Part shown: positions 41,501-53,200 of the stretch, in pieces
Numbering within the stretch: the stretch's first letter is position 1
Layout: each line of letters begins with the position of its first letter
NCBI GenBank assembly: GCA_964016885.1
Contig: OZ024743.1
Span: 56,048,001-56,112,000, forward strand
Reading direction: 5' to 3'
Length of the DNA: 64,000 nt
Source of the DNA: Eledone cirrhosa
Lineage: Eukaryota
Translations under genes and position numbers: made by a program
The notes under the pieces: generated by a model
What the model saw: the letters and a program-made list of their open reading frames with translations, nothing else
Databases searched by the model: none
Told to the model about the DNA's origin: nothing

Positions 41501-44450
41501 TGTTGGTGTCCCTGTTGTTGTTGTTGGTGTCCTTGGTGTTGTTGTTGATGTCCTTGGTGTTGTTGTTGGTGTTGTTGTTTGTGTTGTTGTTGGTGTCCTT
41601 GGTGTTGTTGTTGATGTCCCTGGTGTTGTTGTTGGTGTTGTTGTTGGTGTTGTTGTTGGTGTCCTTGGTGTTGTTGATGGTGTCCCTGGTGTTGTTGTTG
41701 TTGTTGTCCTTGGTGTTGTTGTTGATGTCCTTGGTGTTGTTGTTGGGTCCTTGGTGTTGTTGTTGGTGTCCTTGGTGTTGTTGTTGGTGTCCTTGGTGTT
41801 GTTGTTGATGTCCTTGGTGTTGTTGTTGATGTCCTTGGTGTTGTTGTTGGTGTCTTTGGTGTTGTTGTTGGTGGCCTTGGTGTTGTTGTTGGTGTCCTTG
41901 GTGTTGTTGTTGGTTTCCTTGGTGTTGTTGTTGATGTCCTTGGTGTTGTTGTTGGTGTCCTTGGTGTTGTTGTTGATGTCCTTGGTGTTGTTATTGATGT
42001 CCTTGGTGTTGTTGTTGATGTCCTTGGTGTTGTTGTTGGTGTTCCTGTTGTTGTTGTTGGTGTCCTTCGTATTGTTGTTGATGTCCTTCGTGTTGTTGTT
42101 GGTGTCCTTTGTATTGTTGTTGATGTCCTTGGTGTTGTTGTTGGTGTCCTTGGTGTTGTTGTTGGTGTTCTTGGTGTTGTTGTTGATGTCCTTGGTGTTG
42201 TTGTTGGAGTCCTTGGTGTTGTTGTTGATGTCCTTCGTGTTGTTGTTGGTGTCCCTGTTGTTGTTGTTGGGGTCCTTGGTATTGTTGTTGATGTCCTTGG
42301 TGTTGTTGTTGGTGTCCTTGGTATTGTTGTTGATGTCCTTGGTGTTGTTGTTGGTGTCCCTGTTGTTGTTGTTGGTGTCCTTGGTATTGTTGTTGATGTC
42401 CTTGGTGTTGTCGTTGATGTCCTTGGTGTTGTTGTTGGTGTCCTTGGTGTTGTTGGTGTCCTTGGTGTTGTTGTTGATGTCCTTGGTGTTGTTGTTGGTG
42501 GCCTTGGTGTTGTTGTTGGTGTCCTTGGTGTTGTTGTTGGTGTTCTTGGTGTTGTTGTTGATGTCCTTGGTGTTGTTGTTGGAGTCCTTGGTGTTGTTGT
42601 TGATGTCCTTCGTGTTGTTGTTGGTGTCCCTGTTGTTGTTGTTGGGGTCCTTGGTATTGTTGTTGATGTCCTTGGTGTTGTTGTTGATGTGCTTGGTGTT
42701 GTTGTTGGTGTCTTTGGTGTTGTTGGTGTCCTTGGTGTTGTTGTTGATGTCCTTGGTGTTGTTGTTGGTGGCCTTGGTGTTGTTGTTGGTGTCCTTGGTG
42801 TTGTTGGTGTCCTTGGTGTTGTTGTTGATGTCCTTGGTGTTGTTGTTGGGGTCCTTGGTGTTGTTGTTGGTGGCCTTGGTGTTGTTGTTGGTGTCCCTGT
42901 TGTTGGTGGCCTTGGTGTTGTTGTTGGTGTCCCTGTTGTTGTTGTTGGTGCCTTGGTATTGTTGTTGATGTCCTTGGTATTGTTGTTGGTGTCCTTTGTG
43001 TTGTTGTTGGTGGCCTTGCTGTTGTTGTTGCTGTCCCTGTTGTTGTTGGTGGTGTCCTTGGTATTGTTGTTGATGTCCTTGGTATTGTTGTTGGTGTCCT
43101 TGGTGTTGTTGTTGTTGGCCTTGGTGTTGTTGTTGGTGTCCCTGTTGTTGTTGTTGGTGTCCTTGGTATTGTTGTTGATGTCCTTGGTATTGTTGTTGGT
43201 GTCCTTGGTGTTGTTGTTGGTGTCCTTGGTGTTGTTGTTGTTGGTGTCCTTGGTGTTGTTGTTGGTGTCATTGGTATTGTTGTTGGTGTCCTAGGTGTTG
43301 TTGTTGGTGTCCTTAGTGTTGATGTTGATGTCTTTAGTGTTGTTGTTGATGTCCTTGGTGTTGTTGTTGGTGTCCTTGGTATTGTTGTTGGTGTCCTTGG
43401 TGTTGTTGTTGGTGTCCTTGGTGTTGTTGTTGTTGGTGTCCTTGGTGTTGTTGGTGGTGCCCTTGCTGTTGTTGTTGGTGTTGTTGGTGGTGTCCTTGCT
43501 GTTGTTGTTGGTGTCCTTGGTGTTGTTGTTGTTGGTGTCCTTGGTATTGTTGTTGGTGTCCTTGGTGTTGTTGTTGGTGTCCTTGGTGTTGTTGTTGGTG
43601 TCCTTGGTGTTGTTGATGGTGTCCTTGGTGTTGTTGTTGATGTCCTTGGTGTTGTTGATGGTGTCCTTGGTGTTGTTGTTGGTGTCCTTGGCGTTGTTGT
43701 TGGTGTCATTGGTGTTGTTGGTGTCCTTGGTGTTGTTGTTGATGTCCTTGGTGTTGTTGTTGGTGTCCTTGGTGTTGTTGTTGGTGTCCTTGGTGTTGTT
43801 GTTGGTGTCCTTGGTGTTGTTGTTGGTGTCATTGGTGTTGTTGGTGTCCTTGGTATTGTTGATGGTGTCCTTGGTGTTGTTGTTGATGTCCTTGGTGTTG
43901 TTGATGGTGTCCTTGGTGTTGTTGTTGGTGTCCTTGGTGTTGTTGATGGTGTCCTTGGTGTTGTTGTTGATGTCCTTGGTGTTGTTGATGGTGTCCTGGG
44001 TGTTGTTGTTGGTGTCCTTGGTGTTGTTGATGGTGTCCTTGGTGTTGTTGTTGATGTCCTTGGTGTTGTTGATGGTGTCCTTGGTGTTGTTGTTGGTGTC
44101 CTTGGTGTTGTTGTTGGTGTCATTGGTGTTGTTGGTGTCCTTGGTGTTGTTGTTGATGTCCTTGGTGTTGTTGTTGGTGTCCTTGGTGTTGTTGTTGGTG
44201 TCATTGGTGTTGTTGGTGTCCTTGGTGTTGTTGTTGGTGTCCTTGGTTTTGTTGATGGTTTCCTTGGTGTTGTTGTTGATGTCCTTGGTGTTGTTGATGG
44301 TGTCCTTGGTGTTGTTGATGTCCCTGGTGTTGTTGTTGGTGTCCTTGGTGTTGTTGTTGGTGTCCTTGGTGTTGTTGTTGGTGTCATTGGTGTTGTTGTT
44401 GTTGGTGTCCTTGGTGTTGTTGTTGGTGTCCTTGGTGTTGTTGTTGGTGT
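38580..44450. repeat. ~2.9 kb higher-order duplication, 2 copies
   Basis: Shared markers: GGGTCCTT indel at ~38842/41746, ORF starts 39765/42689 and 40372/43295, and GTCCTAGG at ~40366/43289. Confidence 0.88.
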
Positions 44451-47269
44451 CCTTGGTGTTGTAGTTGGTGTTGTTGTTGGTGTTGTTGTTGGTGTTGTTG
44501 TTGGTGTCCTTGGCGTTGTTGATGATGTCCTTGGTGTTGTTGTTGTTGGTGTCCTTGGTGTTGTTGTTGATGTCCTTGGTATTGTTGATGGTTTACTTGG
44601 TGTTGTTGTTGGTGTCCTTGGTGTTGTTGTTGTTGTCCTTGGTGTTGTTGTTGATGTCCCTGTTGTTGTTGTTGGTTTTTGGTGTCCTTGGAGTTGTTGT
44701 TGGTGTCCTTAGTGTTGTTGTTGATGTCCTTGGTGTTGTTGTTGCAATCCTTGGTGTTGTTGTTGGTGTCCTTGGTGTTGTTGTTGATGTCCTTGGTGTT
44801 GTTGTTGGAGTCCTTGGTGTTGTTGTTGGTGTCCTTGGTGTTGTTGTTGGTGTCCTTGGTGTTGTTGTTGATGTCCTTGGTGTTGTTGTTGGTGTCCTTG
44901 GTGTTGTTGTTGGTGTCCTTGGTGTTGTTGTTGGTGTCCTTGGTATTGTTGTTAATGTCCTTGGTGTTGTTGATGGTGTCCTTGGTATTGTTGTTGATAT
45001 CTTTGGTGTTGTTGTTGGAGTCCTTGGTGTTGTTGTTGGTGTCCGTGGTATTGTTGGAGTCCTTGGTGTTGTGGTTGTTGATGTCCTTGGTGTTGTTGTT
45101 GATGTCCTTGATGTTGTTGTTGATGTCCATGGTGTTGTTGTTGGAGTCCTTGGTGTTGTTGTTGGTGTCCTTGGTGTTGTTGTTGGTGTCCGTGGTGTTG
45201 TTGTTGGTGTCCTTGGTGTTGTTGTTGGTGTCCTTGGTGTTGTTGTTGGTGTCCGTGGTATTGTTGGAGTCCTTGGTGTTGTGGTTGTTGATGTCCTTGG
45301 TGTTGTTGTTGATGTCCTTGGTGTTGTTGTTGGTGTCCGTGGTATTGTTGGAGTCCTTGGTGTTGTGGTTTTTGATGTCCTTGGTGTTGTTGTTGATGTC
45401 CTTGGTGTTGTTGTTGGTGTCCGTGGTATTGTTGGAGTCCTTGGTGTTGTGGTTGTTGATGTCCTTGGTGTTGTTGTTGATGTCCTTGATGTTGTTGTTG
45501 ATGTCCATGGTGTTGTTGTTGGAGTCCTTGGTGTTGTTGTTGGTGTCCTTGGTGTTGTTGTTGGTGTCCGTGGTGTTGTTGTTGGTGTCCTTGGTGTTGT
45601 TGTTGGTGTCCTTGGTGTTGTTGTTGGTGTACTTGTTGTTGTTGTTGGTGTCCTTCGTGTTGTTGTTGGTGTCCCTGTTGTTGTTGTTGGTGTCCTTGGT
45701 ATTGTTGTTGATGTCCTTGCTGTTGTTGGTGGTGTCCTTGGTATTGTCGTTGATGTCTTTGGTGTTGTTGTTGGAGTCCTTGGTGTTGTTGTTGATGTCC
45801 TTGGTATTGTTGGAGTCCTTGGTGTTGTTGTTGTTGTCCTTGGTGTTGTTGTTGATGTCCTTGGCGTTGTTGTTGGTGTCCTTGGTGTTGTTGTTGTTGT
45901 CCTTGGTGTTGTTGTTGAAGTCCTTGGCGTTGTTGGAGGTGTCCTTGGTGTTGTTGTTGTTGTCCTTGGTGTTGTTGTTGATGTCCTTGGCGTTGTTGTT
46001 GGTGTCCTTGGTGTTGTTGTTGGTGTCCTTGGTGTTGTTGTTGGTGTCCTTGGTGTTGTTGTTGATGTCCTTGGTGTTGTTGTTGATGTCCTTGGTGTTG
46101 TTGTTGGTGTCTTTGGTGTTGTTGTTGGTGGCCTTGGTGTCCTTGGTATTGTTGTTGGTGTCCTTGGTGTTGTTGATGGTGTCCTTTGTGTTGTTATTGA
46201 TGTCCTTGGTGTTGTTGTTGGTGTCCTTGGTGTTGTTGATGCTGTCTTTGGTGTTGTTGATGTCCTTGGTGTTGTTGATGTCCTTGGTGTTGTTGTTGGT
46301 GTTCTTGGTGTTGTTGTTGATGTCCTTGTTGTTGTTGAAGGTGTCCTTGGTGTTGTTGTTGGAGTCCTTGGTGTTGTTGATGTCCTTCGTGTTGTTGGTG
46401 GCCTTGGTGTTGTTGATGGTGTCCTTGGTGTTGTTGATATCCTTGGTGTTGTTGTTGGTGCCCTTGGTATTGTTGTTGGTGTCCTTGGTGTTGTTGTTGA
46501 TGTCCTTGGTGTTGTTGTTGGTGTCCTTGGTGTTGTTCATGGTGTCCTTGGTGTTGTTGTTGGTGTCCTTGGTGTTGTTGTTAGTGTCCTTGGTATTGTT
46601 GATGCTGTCCTTGGTGTTGTTGTTGGACTCCTTGGTGTTGTTGTTGATGTCCTTGGTATTGTTGTTGATGTCTTTGGTGTTGTTGGTGGACTCCTTGGTG
46701 TTGTTGTTGATGTCCTTGGTGTTGTTGTTGGTGTCCTTGTTATTGTTGTTGGTGTCCTTGGTGTTGTTGGTGTCCTTGGTGTTATTGATGGTGTCCTTGG
46801 TGTTGTTGGTGTCCTTGGTGTTGTTGTTGATGTCCTTGGTGTTGTTGTTGGTGTCATTTGTGTTGATGTTGGTGTCCTTCGTGTTGTTGTTGATGTCCTT
46901 GGTATTGTTGTTGATGTCCTTGGTGTTGTTGGTGTCCTTGGTGTTGTTGATGGTGTCTTTGGTATTGTTGATGTCCTTGGTCTTGTTGTTGGTGTCCTTG
47001 GTATTGGTGGTGTCCTTAGTATTGTTGTTGGTGTCCTTGATATTGTTGTTGATGTCCTTGGTTTTGTTGGTGTCTTGGTGTTGTTGTTGATGTCCTTGGT
47101 GCTGTTGTTGATGTCCTTGGTATTGTTGTTGGTGTCCTTGGTATTGTTGTTGGTGTCCTTGGTGTTGTTGTTGGTGTCCTTGGTGTTGTTGTTGGTGGCC
47201 TTGGTATTGTTGTTGGTGTCCTTGGTGTTGTTGATGGTGTCCTTGGTATTGTTGTTGGTGTCCTTGATG

Positions 47270-50200
47270 TTGTTGATGGTGTCCTTGGTGTTGTTGTTGA
47301 TGTCCTTGGTGTTGTTGTTGGTGTCCTTTGTGTTGTTACTTTCCTTGATGTTGTTGTTTATGTTCTTGGTGTTGTTGATGGTGTCCTTGGTGTTGTTGTT
47401 GGTGTCCTTGGTGTTTTTGATGTCATTGGTGTTGATGTTGATGTCCTTCGTGTTGATGTTGCTGACCTTGGTGGTGTTGATATCCTTGGTGTTGTTGTTG
47501 GTGCCCTTGGTATTGTTGTTGGTGTCCTTGGTGTTGTTGTTTATGTCCTTGGTGTTGTTGTTGGTTTCCTTGGTGTTGTTGTTGATGTACTTGGTGTTGT
47601 TGTTGGTGTCCTTGGTGTTGTTTTTGATGTCCTTGGTGTTGTTGTTGATGTTCTTGGCTTGTTGTTGGTGTCCTTGGTGTTTTTGATGTGGTCCTTGGTG
47701 TTGTTGTTGGTGTCCTTGGTGTTGTTGATGTCCTTCGTGTTGTTGTTGATGTCCTTGGTATTGTCGTTGATGTCCTTGGTATCGTTGGTGTCCTTCGTTT
47801 TGTTCATGGTGTCCTTGGTGTTGTTGATGGAGTCCTTGGTATTGTTGTTGAAGTCCTTCGTGTTGTTGGTGGCCTTGTTATTGTTGTTGATGTCCTTCGT
47901 GTTGTTGTTGGTGTCCCTGTTGTTGTTGTTGGTGTCATTGACGTTGTTGATGATGTCCTTGGTGTTGTTGTTGTTGGTGTCCTTGGTGTTGTTGTTGGTG
48001 TCCTTGGTATTGTTGTTGGTGACCTTGGTATTGTTGATGGTGTCCTTGGTATCGTTGTTGGTGACCTTGGTATTGTTGTTGATGTCCTTGGTGTTGTTGT
48101 TGGTGTCCTTGGTATTGTTGTTGATGTCCTTGGTGTTGTTGTTGGTGTCCTTGGTATGTTGTTGGTGTCCTTGGTGTTGTTGTTGGTGTCCTTGGTGTTG
48201 TTGTTGATGTCCCGGGTGTTGTTGTTGGTGTCCTTGGTGTTGTTGTTGGTGTCCTTGGTGTTGTTGATGGTGTCCTTTGTGTTGTTGTTAGTGTGCTTGT
48301 TATTGTTGATGGTTTCCTTGGTGTTGTTGTTGGTGTCCTTGGTGTTGTTGTTAATGTCCTTGGTGTTGTTGTGGATGTCCTTGGTGTTGTTGATGTCCTT
48401 GGTATTGTTGTTGATGTCCTTGGTGTTGTTGATGTCCTTGGTATTGTTGTTGATGTCCTTGGTGTTGTTGTGGATGTCCTTGGTGTTGTTTTTGATGTTC
48501 TTGGTGCTGTTGTTGATGTCCTTGGTGTTGTTGTTGATGTCCTTGGTATTGTTGTTGATGTCCTTGGTGTTGTTGTTGATGTCCTTGGTGTTGTTGTTGA
48601 TGTCCTTGGTGTTGTTGGTGTCCTTGATGTTGTTGCTTATGTCCTTGGTGTTGTTGATGGTGTCCTTGGTGTTGTTTTTGATGTCCTTGGTGTTGTTGTT
48701 GATGTCCTTGGTGTTGTTGGTGTCCTTGATGTTGTTGTTAATGTCCTTGGTGCTGTCGATGGTGTCCTTGGTGTTGTTGTTGATGTCCTTGGTGTTGTTG
48801 TTGATGACCTTGGTGGTGTTGATGTCCATACTGTTGTTGTTGATGACCTTGGTGTTGTTGATGCTGTCCTTGGTGTTGTTGATATCCTTGGTGTTGTTGT
48901 TGATGTCCTTGGTGTTGTTGGTGTCCTTGATGTTGTTGTTTATGTTCTTGGTATTGTTGTTGATGTCCTTGGTGTTGTTGGTGTCCTTGGTATTGTTGTT
49001 GGTGTCCTTGGTGTTGTTGTTGGTGTCCTTGGTATTGTTGCTGGTGTCCTTGGTGTTGTTGTTGGTGTCCTTGGTATTGCTGTTGATATCCTTTGTGTTG
49101 TTGCTGTTCTTGGCGTTGTTGTTGATCTCCTTGGTGTTGTTGTTGATCTCCTTCGTGTTGTTGTTGATCTCCTTGGTGTTGTTGTTGATGTCCTTGGTTT
49201 TGTTGATGTGATCCTTGGTGTTGTTGATGTTGTTCTTTGTGTTGTTGTTGGTGTCCTTGGTTTTGTTGATGTGATCCTTGGTGTTGTTATTATTGTTCTT
49301 TGTGTTGTTGTTGGTGTCCTTGGTATTGTTGTTGGTGTCCTTGGTATTATTGATGGTGTCCTTGTTGTTGTTGATGTTGTCCTTGGTGTTGTTGTGGTCC
49401 TTGGTGTTGTTGATGTTGTCCTTGGTGTTGTTATTGGTGTCCTTGGTGTTGTTGATGGTGTCCTTGGTGTGGTTGTTGGTGTCCTTGGTGTTGTTGTTGA
49501 TGTCCTTGGTGCTGTTGTTGGTGTCCTTGGTATTGTTGTTGGTGTCCTTGGTGTTGTTGTTGGTGGCCTTGGTGTTGTTGTTGATGTCCTTGGTGTTGTT
49601 GTTGATGTCCTTGGTGCTGTTGTTGGTGTCCTGGTGTTGTTGTTGGTGTACTTGGCGTTGTTGTTGATGTCCTTGTTATTGTTGTTGATGTCCTTGGTGT
49701 GTTGTTGATCTCTTTGGTGTTGTTGTTGATGTCCTTGGTGTTGTTGTTGGTGTCCCTGTTGTTGTTGTTGGAGTCCTTGGTGTTGTTCTTGATGTCCTTG
49801 TTGTTGTGGTTGGTGTCCCTGTTGTTGTTGTTGGTGTCCTTGGTATTGTTGTTGATGTCCTTGGTGTTGTTATTGGTGTCCTTGGTATTGTTGTTGATGT
49901 CCTTGGTGTTGTTGTCCTTCCTGTTGTTGACGCTGTCCTTCGTGTTGTTGTTGGTGTCCTTGGTGTTGATGGTGTCCTTGGTGTTGTTGTTGATGTCCTT
50001 GGTGTTGTTGTTGGTGTCCTTTGTGTTGTTACTTTCCTTGATGTTGTTGTTTATGTTCTTGGTGTTGTTGATGGTGTCCTTGGTGTTGTTGTTGGTGTCC
50101 TTGGTGTTTTTGATGTCATTGGTGTTGATGTTGATGTCCTTCGTGTTGATGTTGCTGACCTTGGTGGTGTTGATATCCTTGGTGTTGTTGTTGGTGCCCT

Positions 50201-53200
50201 TGGTATTGTTGTTGGTGTCCTTGGTGTTGTTGTTTATGTCCTTGGTGTTGTTGTTGGTTTCCTTGGTGTTGTTGTTGATGTCCTTGGTGTTGTTGTTGGT
50301 GTCCTTGGTGTTGTTTTTGATGTCCTTGGTGTTGTTGTTGATGTTCTTGGCTTGTTGTTGGTGTCCTTGGTGTTTTTGATGTGGTCCTTGGTGTTGTTGT
50401 TGGTGTCCTTGGTGTTGTTGATGTCCTTCGTGTTGTTGTTGATGTCCTTGGTGTTGTCGTTGATGTCCTTGGTATCGTTGGTGTCCTTCGTTTTGTTCAT
50501 GGTGTCCTTGGTGTTGTTGATGGTGTCCTTGGTGTTGTTGTTGGAGTCCTTGGTATTGTTGTTGAAGTCCTTCGTGTTGTTGGTGGCCTTGTTATTGTTG
50601 TTGATGTCCTTCGTGTTGTTGTTGGTGTCCCTGTTGTTGTTGTTGGTGTCATTGGTGTTGTTGTTGGTGTCCTTGGTATTGTTGTTGATGGCCTTGGTGT
50701 TGTTGTTGGTGTCCCTGTTGTTGTTGTTGGTGTCCCTGTTGTTGTTGTTGATGTCCTTGGTGTTGTTGTTGGTGTCCTTGGTGTTGTTGTTGGTGTCCCT
50801 GTTGTTGTTGTTGATGTCTTTGGTGTTGTTTTTTATGTCCCTGTTGTTGTTGTTGGATTCCTTGGTGTTGTTGTTGATGTCCTTGGTGTTGTTGATGCTG
50901 TCCTTCGTGTTGTTGTTGTTGTCCTTGTTGTTGTTGATGTTGTCCTTGGTGTTGTTGTGATCCTTGGTGTTGTTGATGTTGTCCTTGGTGTGGTTGTTGG
51001 TGTCCTTGGTGTTGTTGTTGATGTCCTTGGTGCTGTTGTTGGTGTCCTTGGTATTGTTGTTGATGTCCTTGGTGTTGTTGTTGGTGTCCCTGTTGTTGTT
51101 GTTGGAGTCCTTCGTGTTGTTCTTGATGTCCTTGTTGTTGTGGTTGGTGTCCCTGTTGTTGTTGTTGGTGTCCTTGGTATTGTTGTTGATGTCCTTGGTG
51201 TTGTTATTGGTGTCCTTGGTATTGTTGTTGATGTCCTTGGTGTTGTTGTCCTTCGTGTTGTTGACGCTGTCCTTCGTGTTGTTGTTGGTGTCCTTGGTGT
51301 TGTTGTGGTCCTTGGTGTTGTTTATGTTGTCCTTGGTGTTGTTATTGGTGTCCTTGATGTTGTTGTTGGTGTCCTTGGTGTTGTTGATCGTGTCCTTGGT
51401 GTTGTGGATGTCCTTGGTGCTGTGGATGTCCTTGATGTTGACGTTGGTGTTGTTGTTGGTGTCCTTGGTGTTGTTGTTGATGTCCTTGGGTTTTGTTGTT
51501 GGTGTCCTTGGTGTTGTTGATGGTGTCCTTGGTATTGTTGTTGGTGTCCTTGGTGTTGTTGGTGTCCTTGGTATTGTTGGTGTCCTTGGTATTGTTGTTG
51601 ATGTCCTTGGTGTTGTTGTTGGTGTCCTTGGTGTTGTTGATGGTGTCCTGGGTATTGTTGTTGGTGTCCTTGGCTTTGTTGTTGATGTCCTTGGTGTTGT
51701 TGTTGATGTCCTTGGTGCTGTTGTTGATGTCCTTGGTATTGTTGTTGGTGTCCTTGGTATTGTTGATGGTGTCCTTGGTTTTGTTGTTGTCCTTGGTATT
51801 GTTGTTGCTGTCCTTGATGTTGTTGTTGATGGCCTTGGTGCTGTTGTTGACGTCCTTGGTGTTGTTGTTGGTGTCCTTTGTGTTGTTGTTGGTGTCCTTG
51901 GTGTTGTTTTTGGTGTCCTTGGTGTTGTTGTTGATGTCCTTGCTGTTGTTGTTGGTGTCCTTGGTGTTGTTGTTGGTGTCCTTGGTGTTGTTTTCGGTGT
52001 CCTTGGTGTTGTTGTTGATGTCCTTGCTGTTGTTGTTGGTGTCCTTGGTGTTGTTGATGGTGTCCTTGGTATTGTTGTTGATGTCCTTGGTGTTGTTGTT
52101 GTTGGTGTCCTTGGTGTTGTTGTTGGTGTCCTTGGTATTGTTGTTGGTGACCTTGGTATTGTTGATGGTGTCCTTGGTATTGTTGTTGGTGACCTTGGTA
52201 TTGTTGTTGATGTCCTTGGTGTTGTTGTTGGTGTCCTTGGTATTGTTGTTGATGTCCTTGGTGTTGTTGTTGGTGTCCTTGGTATGTTGTTGGTGTCTTT
52301 GGTGTTGTTGTTGGTGTCCTTGGTGTTGTTGTTGATGTCCCGGGTGTTGTTGTTGGTGTCCTTGGTGTTGTTGTTGGTGTCCTTGGTGTTGTTGATGGTG
52401 TCCTTTGTGTTGTTGTTAGTGTCCTTGTTATTGTTGATGGTTTCCTTGGTGTTGTTGTTGGTGTCCTTGGTGTTGTTGTTAATGTCCTTGGTGTTGTTGT
52501 GGATGTCCTTGGTGTTGTTGATGTCCTTGGTATTGTTGTTGATGTCCTTGGTGTTGTTGTTGATGTCCTTGGTGTTGTTGTTGATGTCCTTGGTGTTGTT
52601 GGTGTCCTTGATGTTGTTGTTTATGTCCTTGGTGTTGTTGATGGTGTCCTTGGTGTTGTTGGTGTCCTTGATGTTGCTGTTAATGTCCTTGGTGCTGTTG
52701 ATGGTGTCCTTGGTGTTGTTGTTGATGTCCTTGGTGTTGTTGTTGATGACCTTGGTGGTGTTGATGTCCATACTGTTGTTGTTGATGACCTTGGTGTTGT
52801 TGATGCTGTCCTTGGTGTTGTTGATATCCTTGGTGTTGTTGTTGATGAACTTGGTGTTGTTGGTGTCCTTGATGTTGTTGTTTATGTTCTTGGTATTGTT
52901 GTTGATGTCCTTGGTGTTGTTGGTGTCCTTGGTATTGTTGTTGGTGTCCTTGGTGTTGTTGTTGGTGTCCTTGGTATTGTTGCTGGTGTCCTTGGTGTTG
53001 TTGTTGGTGTCCTTGGTATTGCTGTTGATATCCTTTGTGTTGTTGGTGTTCTTGGCGTTGTTGTTGATCTCCTTGGTGTTGTTGTTGATCTCCTTCGTGT
53101 TGTTGTTGATCTCCTTGGTGTTGTTGTTGATGTCCTTGGTTTTGTTGATGTGATCCTTGGTCTTGTTGATGTTGTTCTTTGTGTTGTTGTTGGTGTCCTT

